Assembly (NCBI GenBank): GCA_965262915.1
Contig: OZ253564.1
Location: 1,152,001-1,216,000 of the forward strand
DNA: 64,000 bases
Origin: Candidatus Spongiisociaceae bacterium
GTDB lineage: Bacteria > Actinomycetota > Acidimicrobiia > Spongiisociales > Spongiisociaceae
Direction of reading: 5' to 3'
Positions 29,746-39,638 of the stretch are shown here, one piece after another. Numbering within the stretch: position 1 is the stretch's first letter; each line of letters opens with the position of its first letter. The notes beneath the pieces were generated by a model, which was not told the origin of the DNA, did not search any database, and saw only the letters and a list, made by a program, of their open reading frames with translations. The translations under genes were made by a program, and so were the position numbers.

Positions 29746-31152
29746 TCAGGTATCGACGAGCCAGGCGAGCATCGCTGTGGGGATGGCCATCATGTCCGTA
29801 GACTCGAGGTCCAAGACCGTGCGCGTGGCTATGATCCCCCGCCACTTTGAAGCCTGTATCGTCCGCGTCCGGGTACGCCACCTGCTGTCCACATATTTGG
29901 ACTCGATTGCCATATCTCCGAGATCGGGCCCGACGAAGTCGATCTCGGTCCTGGAAGGCGTCCGGTGATACAGGATTCTGTCGAAGTCGAGATAGCTTCC
30001 GGGGTCGCGGGCTTCGATGCTCCTTAGTAGGGCCAAGCCGAGTTGCTGTTCGGAGAGAACGGAGAATTCAGGTGCCGGACCGGGTACCAGGCGGGTATAG
30101 ACCGGATCCGTGAAGTACAGTTTCCTCTGCGAGCGAGGTTGCGGACGAAGTCGGTTCTCCCGATGGCATGGCCACAGCACGAACGCCGCGCAGAGATCAT
30201 CGATTCGGCTTCTCAGGGTGGGTGGAGAGACCCCGAGATCACCGGCAGTCGACGACTGGTTGGTGTGTGACGACAAGCCCTTCGTCATCCTGCGCAGGAA
30301 GGCGGCGGTTTCCGTCCGCGACCATGACGCCCGTCTGAGAGCGTCACGGTCGACGATCTCGAACAGTTCGTGTTGGAATCCCTCATCCACGTCTCGGGAT
30401 ATCAGGTAGGCGGTCACTGCCCGGTGGAACCCGCCTACCCATAGGTAGGTGTCCCAGGCATCGACGAGAACATCCAACCATGGTGCGAGTGTGTAGGCGG
30501 CCTCTTTCAGCCGTGGGGGGTCGAGGCCACCAACCTTCAGCCTGAGGTTGGTGGTGGGCACCTCTGCGCTCCGCGCCAGTTTCACGAATGCTCGGAACCC
30601 CAAGGGGAGCAAGATCCGATCGGCGTCCGTGATTCGTCCTCTGCGACCGGCCAGGATCCCGATGGATTCGGAAAGGTCGGAAGAGGACGAGCCGGTCAGA
30701 ACGACCGTGTCGTCGTGGAACAGTGGGTCGTTGTCGCGGAGCCACTTTATCTTGTGGGGCCATCCGTCCATGATGGAGGTGATCTCGTCGATGAACCAGT
30801 AGCGGCGATCGTTGTCGGGCAGCAGAGACCGGGCGGCACGGACGAGTCTGACCAGATCATCCGCTGCCCATCCGTCCACCGACATGTGGACGATGCGACG
30901 CGGGTCGACTCCCGCGGCGATCAGGGCTTCGATCGCTTGCTTGACCTCTACGGACTTGCCGACCCGCCGCGGTCCTCGGAGGACATAGAGCCCGCCGGGC
31001 GTGAGGTTCGAGACAGCGCCCGACGTGTAGTCGTAGGGTGCTTCGCGTACCGCGCGGAGCTCATGATCCCGAAGGGCCCACCCCTGAGGATCGCGCCACC
31101 AACGGTTACCGTCGGATAGTGTCTGCTGTATCAATCCGGGCTTCAGCGCCAC
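29746..31152 (-). CDS. AAA_14 ATPase with DUF4143 / PD-(D/E)xK-like C-terminus
   Basis: GPRRVGKS, FIDEI, LTGSS, KLYFTDP, EIDFV...IESKY. Confidence 0.88.
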   Translation of the reverse strand: MALKPGLIQQTLSDGNRWWRDPQGWALRDHELRAVREAPYDYTSGAVSNLTPGGLYVLRGPRRVGKSVEVKQAIEALIAAGVDPRRIVHMSVDGWAADDLVRLVRAARSLLPDNDRRYWFIDEITSIMDGWPHKIKWLRDNDPLFHDDTVVLTGSSSSDLSESIGILAGRRGRITDADRILLPLGFRAFVKLARSAEVPTTNLRLKVGGLDPPRLKEAAYTLAPWLDVLVDAWDTYLWVGGFHRAVTAYLISRDVDEGFQHELFEIVDRDALRRASWSRTETAAFLRRMTKGLSSHTNQSSTAGDLGVSPPTLRSRIDDLCAAFVLWPCHRENRLRPQPRSQRKLYFTDPVYTRLVPGPAPEFSVLSEQQLGLALLRSIEARDPGSYLDFDRILYHRTPSRTEIDFVGPDLGDMAIESKYVDSRWRTRTRTIQASKWRGIIATRTVLDLESTDMMAIPTAMLAWLVDT

Positions 31153-31357
31153 AGTTGCCTCCGACGGCGTAGTCTACGATTCTGAAAGTATAACTTTCGA
31201 TCTTGGGTACATTCCTGAAAATCATGTTTTCAATACGGTAGCTTTTCTGTACGATGGCTACTTCACGTCGATGTAGTTCACGTTCCAAGGCTAGATCCGT
31301 GTGGCGTCCGACAGCTGTCCGAGGGGTAAGCTGACCTGGAAAGGCCTTGGAGTCAGG

Positions 31358-32143
31358 ATGACGATTCGCCGTGGCATCGTGGATACACCGTACGGGCAGG
31401 TTCACGCCAGGGCCGTCGGCGGGGAGGGACGTCCCATGTTGCTGCTCCACCAGTCGCCACGAAGCGGCCTCATGTACGAGCCGCTGATGGAACATATAGC
31501 CCGCCCGACCATGGCGCTGGACCGGCTCGGCTACGGGTTCTCCGATCCCGGACCCGACGACCCGACCATCGAGACCTATGCCGAATCGACGATGGCGGTC
31601 GTGGATGACGCCGGGTGGGATAGCTTCGACGTTCTTGGGATCCACACCGGCTCGATGGAGGCGGTCTCTATCGGGATCGGGTGGCCGGACCGGGTCAACC
31701 GCGTGGGCATCGTGGCAGTTCCCGTGCTCAACCCGGAGGAGGCGGCGGAGATCGCCTCCCTCTATGCCGAGCCCCGCGCCCGCCCTCTGGAGGACGGATC
31801 CCACCTGCTCGAATACTGGCGAGCGAGACTGGTGTGGCGGGATCCACCCTACGATCTTCAGCACCTGCAGACCCTCACCGTGGAGGAGTTGCTCGTGGGC
31901 GACCGGGCCCATATCGCATACAGGGCGGTGGTCAACTGGCCCATATCGCAGAAGCTGGCCGAGTTGGCTGTGCCGCTGGTGGTCTTCGCTCCGCATGATG
32001 ATCTCATCGTGCAGACCTCGCACATGCGGAACAGGCTTCCGTCGGGAACGGTTTACATCGACCTACCCCATATGGACATGGACATCTTCCACCGGCATCC
32101 CGACGAGATGGCGTCTCTGGTCCGTGAGCACCTACCGGCCTGA
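31358..32143 (+). CDS. Alpha/beta hydrolase fold protein with GxHTG elbow
   Basis: LLLHQSPRSG, ALDRLGYGFSD, LGIHTGS, DGSHL. Confidence 0.85.
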   Translation: MTIRRGIVDTPYGQVHARAVGGEGRPMLLLHQSPRSGLMYEPLMEHIARPTMALDRLGYGFSDPGPDDPTIETYAESTMAVVDDAGWDSFDVLGIHTGSMEAVSIGIGWPDRVNRVGIVAVPVLNPEEAAEIASLYAEPRARPLEDGSHLLEYWRARLVWRDPPYDLQHLQTLTVEELLVGDRAHIAYRAVVNWPISQKLAELAVPLVVFAPHDDLIVQTSHMRNRLPSGTVYIDLPHMDMDIFHRHPDEMASLVREHLPA

Positions 32144-32189
32144 CCCGTGGTCCGTGACCCGCGGCTCCGTGCTCTACGCGGTTCGGTAG

Positions 32190-33680
32190 TCAGTAGCGGA
32201 TATGACCCACTGACCTCCGCAGCAGCGGCAGGCCGATGAGCATCCCTATGCCGAAGAGAACGGCGGCTATCAACATCAGGTCACCGAAGGCGTCGCCGGA
32301 GGCGGACCGGATTACCGCTTCGACCTCTTCGGTCATGGCCGGATCGAAGTCCGCGAAGCGAACGCCGGAGGTGTCATAGTCCAGCGATTCCAGGGCGGCA
32401 CGGGCGCGGAACTGCGTGGCGAAGGTGGCGAATGTCCCGAAGATCGCCACCGAGAACGACGCACCTACCTGCCGTACCGCACTGAGGGAGGCGGTACCTG
32501 CCGACGCGAAGGTTGGCGGAACGCTGTTGACGATTGCGCTGCTCTCTATCGAGAAGTGCCACCCGAGGCCGAGACCGAAGAGGGCGAGCGGCGGGAGGAT
32601 TGCCGCTGTGGAAGATGCCGAGGTGGCCACCAAGCCCAGCCAGGCCAAGGTGATGGCCATGAAGCCCATACCTGCCACTAGCGGTGCCCCGAACCCGAGG
32701 CGGTCACCCGCCGCCCCGGCCAGGTAAGGACTGAAGATCATCGGCACGAACACGATGGCGAGAATCACCGCTGCGGTCCACGGGCTCATGGAAAGCAGCG
32801 ACTGGAGGTAGAGGGTGATGAGGAAGAACACCCCGGCGACCGCGGTGTTGACGCACACTCCGATTCGTAGCACGGTTCCGAAGGATGAATCGGTGAACAG
32901 CGCCGGGTCGACCATCGGATGATCGGAGCGGCGCTCGACGAGAACGAATACCACGACTGCTAGCAGGCCGATCACCACGCTCAGCACCACGATCGGCGAG
33001 GTGACGCCTCGGCGGCCTGCCTCGACGAAGCCGAAAGCGAGGAAAAAGAGGGCAAGGGTCGAGGTAGCGATTCCCGGATAGTCGATATTGGCCCGCCGCC
33101 TCACCCCGTCGTCGGGGACGAACCTGACCATCCCGATCGCTCCTATGACGGTGAAGAAAGCGGTCACCCAGAAGATGGCCGGCCAGGCCAGGCGTTCGAC
33201 CAGCCACCCGGCCATCAACGGGCCGGCGATCAGCGCTCCTGCCGAAAGGCTGATCCAGACTCCGACCGCCCGGCCCCGCTCGCGTTCGTCGAAGACCACG
33301 CCGATCTGGGCAAGGGCGTTCGGGAACAGCAGCGCCATGCCGAAGCCCTGGATTGCTCTTGCACCGAGCAGCAGGCCGACCGTGGGGGTGAGAGCCGCGG
33401 CGATCGTCCCGGCCAGATAGAGCCAGTAGCCGACCAGCATCGTCCGGCGCCGCCCGTAGAGGTCCCCGAGCGAAGCGCTCAGCGGCAGCAACGTGGCATT
33501 CCCGAGCGCGAACATGACGGTTATCCACTGCAGGTCCGAGATCGACCCTCCGAGGGCCCGGCCCATCGTCGGCAGCGCGACGATAACCATCGTGCCGTCG
33601 AGGTTGGGGATCCCCAGCGCCGGGAAGAGGGCTACGAGTACCCACCATCGACGGCGGTCGGGTGGGGTAGGCGGTGACAC
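32190..33680 (-). CDS. MFS transporter (DHA2/EmrB-QacA type)
   Basis: LDGTMVIVALPTM, LGDLYGRRR, ERGRAVGVW, ~14 TM segments. Confidence 0.92.
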   Translation of the reverse strand: MSPPTPPDRRRWWVLVALFPALGIPNLDGTMVIVALPTMGRALGGSISDLQWITVMFALGNATLLPLSASLGDLYGRRRTMLVGYWLYLAGTIAAALTPTVGLLLGARAIQGFGMALLFPNALAQIGVVFDERERGRAVGVWISLSAGALIAGPLMAGWLVERLAWPAIFWVTAFFTVIGAIGMVRFVPDDGVRRRANIDYPGIATSTLALFFLAFGFVEAGRRGVTSPIVVLSVVIGLLAVVVFVLVERRSDHPMVDPALFTDSSFGTVLRIGVCVNTAVAGVFFLITLYLQSLLSMSPWTAAVILAIVFVPMIFSPYLAGAAGDRLGFGAPLVAGMGFMAITLAWLGLVATSASSTAAILPPLALFGLGLGWHFSIESSAIVNSVPPTFASAGTASLSAVRQVGASFSVAIFGTFATFATQFRARAALESLDYDTSGVRFADFDPAMTEEVEAVIRSASGDAFGDLMLIAAVLFGIGMLIGLPLLRRSVGHIRY

Positions 33681-33717
33681 CTTGGCACGATAGTACCGAT
33701 TCTCCCGCGCCGACGGG

Positions 33718-33886
33718 CTAGTGGTCTGTCTGCAAAACAACTTGCCGTGTTCTGGCAGCCATCGACGCTCCTCGCGGCGTTCCGTCTCCTCGATGTACCG
33801 CTGCGGGTACGCCTTCGTCGGTGGGCCTTGCGAGGAACGCCGCTGCGGGCGGATACTACGCCGCCGTTTCGCAGACAGACCACCGG
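33718..33886. mobile_element. Family B MITE (long form)
   Basis: CTAGTGGTCTGTCTGCAAAAC ... GTTTCGCAGACAGACCAC inverted ends; internal GTACC/GTAC hairpin. Confidence 0.82.
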
Positions 33887-33946
33887 TGCTATCTTCCCGC
33901 AGGGCCTCCGTTGATCGACGCGGGCGGTAAACGGACTGGAGGGGAC

Positions 33947-34654
33947 GTGTTCGAGTCTTACGTACTGCTCAAGACGTTGCACGTCCTGCTCATAGCCACC
34001 TGGTTGGGGATGGACTTCGGAACCTTCATCTCCTACAGGCGAATGCGGGACGCTTCCCTCTCGATCGATACCCGCAAGCAGATGTACCGGATCTTCGCCT
34101 TCATCGACATGGGCCCCCGTTCCTCCCTGGTGCTGATGCTCACCCTCGGTGTGACCCTTACCTACATGGGCGGCTGGGGGTTCGCCGGTTCCGGAGGCCG
34201 GGCCTTCGCCATAGTGACGGCCATCGTCGGGGTCTTGTGGGTGGCGGCAATGTGGCATCAATACTGGGTCCACGAGGCTCCGCCAGGTGAGCCGCGGCCG
34301 GAACTGCATGTGAGGATCCAGAAGGTGTTCCGCCCTTTCGATATATGGCTCAGGGTGGGCCTGGCCGGAGGACTGGCCATCGCCGCCATCGTGTCCCTGG
34401 CCGGTGGGGAAGGACCGATCTACGCGAACTGGCTTGCCTGGAAGCTTATTCTGTTCGCCGGCATCGTGATGTCGGGCGTCGGCATCAGGATTTTCCTGCC
34501 GGCTGTCGTCACGGCGGTCGCCGACATATTCACCAAGGGTTCGACCCCTGAGCGAGAAGCGGCTCTGACGACCGGATCCCGCAAGACCGTCTGGTTCGTG
34601 TATGCGATCTGGGTACTGATCATCGCCATCTCGTGGATCGCGATCGCCGGGTAG
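33947..34654 (+). CDS. Hypothetical integral membrane protein (~6 TM)
   Basis: GGAGG RBS before GTG; LKTLHVLL...WLGMD, IDMGPR, WLAWKLILF. Confidence 0.75.
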   Translation: MFESYVLLKTLHVLLIATWLGMDFGTFISYRRMRDASLSIDTRKQMYRIFAFIDMGPRSSLVLMLTLGVTLTYMGGWGFAGSGGRAFAIVTAIVGVLWVAAMWHQYWVHEAPPGEPRPELHVRIQKVFRPFDIWLRVGLAGGLAIAAIVSLAGGEGPIYANWLAWKLILFAGIVMSGVGIRIFLPAVVTAVADIFTKGSTPEREAALTTGSRKTVWFVYAIWVLIIAISWIAIAG

Positions 34655-35086
34655 CCCACGGCGAGCGAGATCAAGGAACGCCTCGCCCGCGTTGTCGGAG
34701 TCTGGGAAGGCACCTACACCTCGGTGACTCCGATCGCCGATGTGGTCGAGCGGTACCAGAGCCGCCAGGAGACCAGGCTCGACGGCGAGGTTTGGCACGA
34801 GCGCATCATCTACCTGCGCGACGGTCGGGAGCCAGAGGTCTACGACTTCGCCGGTAGATTCTACGACGGCATGCTCCTCTTCGAGGACGACGACATCTCG
34901 GGTGACACCTACTTCGTCGGGGATGACATCCTCGTGCTGCCGTACACCTGGAAGTCCCGCCCGAACGAGAAGGTGGTGGAGACCGTGATCCTGGCCACGC
35001 CGTCGCACAAGGCCCGGATCTGGCAGGTCTTCGACCGCGGGGAACTGATCCGGGTGATGATCATCAGCGAGCATCTAGTGTCCTGA
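34655..35086 (+). CDS. Beta-barrel (DUF3598/nitrobindin-like) hypothetical protein; start unclear, C-terminus altered by IS630
   Basis: GVWEGTY motif lies upstream of the called GTG; frame continues directly after the TAG of the previous gene. Confidence 0.55.
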   Translation, partial: PTASEIKERLARVVGVWEGTYTSVTPIADVVERYQSRQETRLDGEVWHERIIYLRDGREPEVYDFAGRFYDGMLLFEDDDISGDTYFVGDDILVLPYTWKSRPNEKVVETVILATPSHKARIWQVFDRGELIRVMIISEHLVS

Positions 35087-36250
35087 TTCCTTAGTTTCTT
35101 TGCCATATGCTGCTAGAATATGCAGGTCAGTAGCAGTCAGTAGTGGGAGCAGCGTATGGAGAAGCAGCGGGGTCGTAAAGCAGTGGTTATCGAGCTGGAT
35201 GAAGAGGAACGCCAGACGCTCGAGCGGTGGATACGGCGGCGTAGCACCGCACAAGGGTTAGCGATGCGGTCTCGTATCGTGCTGGGAGCGGCCGAAGGCC
35301 GCACCAATGTGGACATCGCAGCGGAGGTGGGCTGCAGCGGGGTTACGGTCTCGAAGTGGCGGAACCGTTTCGCCCGGCGCCGTCTCGACGGCCTCTACGA
35401 CAATCCCCGCCCCGGGCCGCCCCGCCGCATCGACGACGCCAAGGTAGAAGAAGTGGTGGTCAAGACCCTCGAGGAAACACCGAGAGACGCGACGCACTGG
35501 TCGACCCGGTCCATGGCGAGGGCCGTCGGCCTGTCCCAGTCGTCGATCCTAAGAATATGGCGGGCGTTCGGTCTCAAGCCGCACCGGACCGAGCATTTCA
35601 AGATATCTCCCGACCCCCAGTTCGTGGAAAAGGTCCGCGACCTGGCGGGTTTGTACCTGAACCCGCCCGACGCGGCGGTGGTGCTGTGTGTGGACCACAA
35701 ATCCCAGATACAGGCCCTCGACCGCACCGCGCCGATCCTGCCCCTGTTGCCCGGAACCCCCCAGCGGCGCACCCACGACTACCGCCGGTACGGCACCACC
35801 AACCTCCACGCCGCGCTCGACACGGCCACCGGCCGGGTCATCACCTCCATGACACGACGCAACCGCACCCAAGAATTCCAGACGTTCCTAAACCTCATCA
35901 ACCGCGAAGTCCCACCAGAACTCGACGTCCATGTCGTGTTGGACAACGCGTCGCCCCACAAAACAGAGCCCATAGGGCGCTGGCTGCAACGCCATCCACG
36001 GTTCACGTTCCATTTCACACCCACCTACGCGTCGTGGATGAACCTCGTCGAGCGATGGTTCTCCGAACTCACCACCAAACAGATACGCCGAGGCACCCAC
36101 CGATCCGTAGCCGAACTCACCGACGCCATCAACCAATGGACCCAACACTGGAACCAAAACCCCAAACCCTTCATCTGGCACAAAACCGCCGACCAAATCT
36201 TCGACAACCTCACCAACTATCTACAACGAATCCCCGAATCAGGACACTAG
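35075..36250 (+). mobile_element. IS630 family insertion sequence
   Basis: Perfect inverted ends CTAGTGTCCTGATTC / GAATCAGGACACTAG at a CTAG site. Confidence 0.96.
35156..36250 (+). CDS. IS630 family DDE transposase
   Basis: HTH N-terminus, VLCVDHKSQIQAL, YRRYGT, VLDNASPHK, SWMNLVERWF. Confidence 0.96.
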   Translation: MEKQRGRKAVVIELDEEERQTLERWIRRRSTAQGLAMRSRIVLGAAEGRTNVDIAAEVGCSGVTVSKWRNRFARRRLDGLYDNPRPGPPRRIDDAKVEEVVVKTLEETPRDATHWSTRSMARAVGLSQSSILRIWRAFGLKPHRTEHFKISPDPQFVEKVRDLAGLYLNPPDAAVVLCVDHKSQIQALDRTAPILPLLPGTPQRRTHDYRRYGTTNLHAALDTATGRVITSMTRRNRTQEFQTFLNLINREVPPELDVHVVLDNASPHKTEPIGRWLQRHPRFTFHFTPTYASWMNLVERWFSELTTKQIRRGTHRSVAELTDAINQWTQHWNQNPKPFIWHKTADQIFDNLTNYLQRIPESGH

Positions 36251-36257
36251 CAGATGG

Positions 36258-36850
36258 GTGACCCGTGGTCCGTTTCTCCAGCACCTGGATGGGTCGGTCC
36301 AACTAGATACCGGCCACCAAACCAAGGTGAGCCTGGTCGACGGATCGGAGAATGGCTCAATGTTTTCCGAGGTGAGGCTGGGAACGATATCGGTAGGGGA
36401 TCTGGCCCGGTCCGAGCGTTTCTATCACGATGCCTTCGGGTACGTCGGCAAAGGGAATGGTGTGCTTCGCGCCGAGGACGACGACGGTCGGGTCGGGGAG
36501 GCCTGGATGATGCCGGCCGGCATGACCGCCGGGTACTCGGTTGTGGGCCCGGCCGAATGCGAGAGTTGCCTGCTCCGCATCGTGGAGTTCGACTCTCCGG
36601 GCGAGCTCATCTGGGGGGATGTGCCGGCCGGCAAGGTCATCGGCCTGTATGCCCTCAACATCCGGCTTCCCGATATCCACACCGGCTGGGAACGGATCGT
36701 GGCCGCCGGCGGCACCGTCAAGTCTCCCCCTACCCATTGGAACCTCAGTGACGGCTCCGCCTGGGACTCCCAGATCTACGACCCGGACGGAGTCTTGATC
36801 GACGCCTGGAGCGTGGAGGGCGAGATCGCCGATCGGTCTGCCGACGTGGG
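36258..36850 (+). pseudogene. VOC/glyoxalase protein, 3'-truncated
   Basis: TISVGDLARSERFY, LRIVEF, YDPDGVLID; second VOC domain missing. Confidence 0.7.
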
Positions 36851-36891
36851 GCGCCGACGGGGTTCGCTCCCGGGCCGGAGACGCCCCTCCT

Positions 36892-37275
36892 GTGTTCAGG
36901 GGTAACTCGCTCCAAGACCTGGCGGCGATGGCCGGGATCGACCCGGCCGGCCTGCTATCGACCGTTTCCGCCTACAACGCGGCGGTCGACGGTGCTCCTG
37001 ACGAGCTGGGGCGGAAGCACCTGCCGCTGCCCATCGAGAACCCGCCGTTCTACGCGGTCGAGAACCACGCCACGACGTTGCGAACTCCGGGCGGGGTTGC
37101 CGTGGACGACCGGCTCCGGGTTCTCGATGCCGAGGGTCGACCCTTCGGGGGGCTCTATGCTGCGGGCGAGGTTCTGGGCAGCGCGGTGTTCAGCGGCGGC
37201 GGGGCGGCTGCCGGGATGAGCATCACTCCCGCTACGACGTTCGGCCGGTTACTCGGATCGAGCCTGGTCTCCTAG
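36892..37275 (+). pseudogene. C-terminal fragment of an FAD_binding_2 flavoprotein
   Basis: PPFYAV, GGVAVDDRLRVLD, GLYAAGE, TFGR. Confidence 0.75.
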
Positions 37276-37302
37276 AGGTTCCTCTGATCACAAGGAGTTG
37301 AG

Positions 37303-38151
37303 ATGTCTCGAAACGGCCGCCGTGCCATTGACGCAGACTCGCATGTGGGTCTTGCCCTGGATACCTGGGACCGGTTCCTCGATCCGGGATTGGCGGACCA
37401 TCCTGGCCGCCCGCGGTTCGAGGAGGCCGACGGGATCCGTCCGCGTACCGGGTGATGTCCGACGAGCACTTCTATCTCATCTACGAGGAAGCTGCCCGGC
37501 TCGATGTCCCGCTGTCGATCCACGCCTTCAGCGATCCCCACGTAGAAGGACATACCCACAACTGGCCTAGGAGGGTGGTGTGAAACCCCTTCACGGCCCG
37601 TCGACCGATGACATAATGCCTGTTCAGAGGAAGACGGGCCGTTGCTCCCCACCGTTTTAGACCACCCTCCTAGGGTGGGCTCGATGCTCTGGAGCGACAT
37701 CGTCGGGTTCCCGTTCCAAGGCATGCAGGTGTTCGTCAACCTGGTTCTCGGCGGGGTTTGCGACGTGTTCCCCGATACGAGATTCGGGATCTTCGAGTCG
37801 GGCCTGGGCTGGATGCCGATGATCATCGACCGGATCCACGAACGGCAGGAGAAGTTCGGTGACCTGGTCAGGATGGCCGCTCCCGACATGGAACTCCTCC
37901 CGGAGGAATACATCCAGCGCCAGATATGGATGGGCTTCGAACCCGAGGACCCGTTCCTGCCCGAGTTCATCGAGTGCACAAAGGCCCCCGAACGTACCTT
38001 GCTCTCCATCGACTACCCCCACCTCGACTACGAGCCCGGCCAACTCGGTGGATTCCGCGCTCGTGGTGACGTGTCGGACGAGGACATCAGGCTGGCCGAG
38101 TGGGACAACTCGATCGAGTACTTCAGGTGGGAGGGGACCGCCGCCATCTAG
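37303..38151 (+). pseudogene. Amidohydrolase_2 family gene with internal deletion and MITE insertion
   Basis: AAGGAG RBS, MSRNGRRAIDADSH; YEEAARLDVPLSIH; FESGLGW; SIDYPH. Confidence 0.85.
37567..37673. mobile_element. Family A MITE, 99 bp plus CTAG duplication, inside amidohydrolase
   Basis: Removing 103 bp restores the frame ...GHTHNWPRVGSMLW... Confidence 0.93.
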
Positions 38152-38262
38152 CCGCCTGGGTGAGCGCCGAGGAACCCCGCCATTGCCCCGCCGGTCGACG
38201 ACGACGTCATTCCAGCGGACGGGGCCGACCGTTGTTGAAAAACGGGCGTACGATGGAGACCC

Positions 38263-38661
38263 ATGCCCAAGAACCGACGAGACAACCGCCCTTCCGACCC
38301 GTGGCCCACGCTTGAAGACGCCATACGCGAGGCCACCGTCGTGGCCCGTTACGCACGTGCTTTCTACGGGGCCGACCTCAAGGCTGTATGGCTGTACGGA
38401 TCGCGCGCCCGAGGGGACAACAGACCCGACTCGGATCTTGATGTGTTGCTGGTGCGCGACCCACCGAATGGTCTCGATCCTATCCACGTCCCGAGGGAGT
38501 GGGCGGACGAACCCTTCCGGGACATGCTAGAGGAGCACATGGACGGGTACTCGGAGATGTTCACACCGATACAGATCAAATCGGTACAGCCAGACCAACT
38601 GGAAACCTGGGACACCATGTTCTTCCGCAGCGTCCGAGAAGACGGGATACGGATCGTATGA
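38263..38661 (+). CDS. Minimal nucleotidyltransferase (MNT) antitoxin
   Basis: LYGSRARGDNRPDSDLDVL. Confidence 0.9.
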   Translation: MPKNRRDNRPSDPWPTLEDAIREATVVARYARAFYGADLKAVWLYGSRARGDNRPDSDLDVLLVRDPPNGLDPIHVPREWADEPFRDMLEEHMDGYSEMFTPIQIKSVQPDQLETWDTMFFRSVREDGIRIV

Positions 38662-39077
38662 CCTATCTGGATGAAGCGTGGGGCTGGCTGGAGTATTCAG
38701 CCGATATGCTACAGGCTGCCAAAGATAACTTTAGCGTACAACAATACAGCGTGACTGTATCCCTCTCCTATTTCGCAACCTTCTATGCGGCCAAGAGCGT
38801 CATAGCCCTCTCGCGGGAGCGAGATCCCAAGACACACACCGGCGTCATTGGTCGATTCGGTGAGTTGGCCGTTCGGGATTCGGACTTTCCACGCGAGGTC
38901 GCTAGACATCTCTCCCGGCTGTCCACCCTGCGAAACAATACGGATTACGACTTCTCCTACAGAGATACCTGGAAAGCAGACAATACGGCGGAAGAACTTG
39001 AACGAGCTCGAGCCTTCGTAGAGGAAGTACACAACTGGATCAATCGGCACTTCGAGGGCGACGGGCTAGCTGGCTAG
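38658..39077 (+). CDS. HEPN domain protein (MNT-HEPN pair)
   Basis: ATGA overlap; SYFATFYAAK, PKTHTGV, RNNTDY; lower GC. Confidence 0.87.
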   Translation: MTYLDEAWGWLEYSADMLQAAKDNFSVQQYSVTVSLSYFATFYAAKSVIALSRERDPKTHTGVIGRFGELAVRDSDFPREVARHLSRLSTLRNNTDYDFSYRDTWKADNTAEELERARAFVEEVHNWINRHFEGDGLAG

Positions 39078-39220
39078 TCGTCACCGGCAGATAGCTTTCG
39101 CCATCCAGTCACGGGTACCGGGTGGGCCGCCGACCACGGGCTAATCCCGAGGATCGGCGGCTCTAGGATAGTGGAGGCCCGGGCCGGGCCCGCTAGGCGA
39201 AGCTCCACTCCTGCTGGCGG

Positions 39221-39631
39221 ATGTGGTTCACCCGCAGCAGGCCCTGGTCGATGCCCGCATGGTTGATCCGGCTGGACATGTACCTGTTCTGGCCCTGGTA
39301 CAACCACACCGCCGGAGGCGCCAACATCCGGCCGTTGCCCGAGGTACAGGCTCTCAAGCAATGGGCCGACGACCTGCTGGCAAGCGGGCGAAGCTGGCGC
39401 GTTGCGTACCGGGCGGCCTTCGAATACCCCACCAGGGACCGGCTGCCGTGACTGACCCGACCCACCCTGCCGGCCACATCGGCAGTCGATCCGCTCCGGG
39501 TCTATTCCGGGGAGACGGCACGGATCAGCGATGTCATCACGGTGGCCGAATCGGAAGGCTACGTTACGCCGGAAGCCTCCCGCAGAACGGCCGAGCTGTA
39601 CAGGGCCTTCTCCGATCGTCAAGACGGATAG
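39221..39631 (+). pseudogene. Alpha/beta hydrolase C-terminal fragment with in-frame TGA at 39449
   Basis: DMYLFWPWY...AYRAAFEY..RDRLP*LTRPTL resembles the hydrolase at 50129-51327. Confidence 0.7.
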
Positions 39632-39638
39632 GAGCACG

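Noticed and set aside
31183-31200. Palindrome GAAAGT-ATA-ACTTTC upstream of the AAA gene
   Set aside because: Possible operator, but short and with no identifiable regulator
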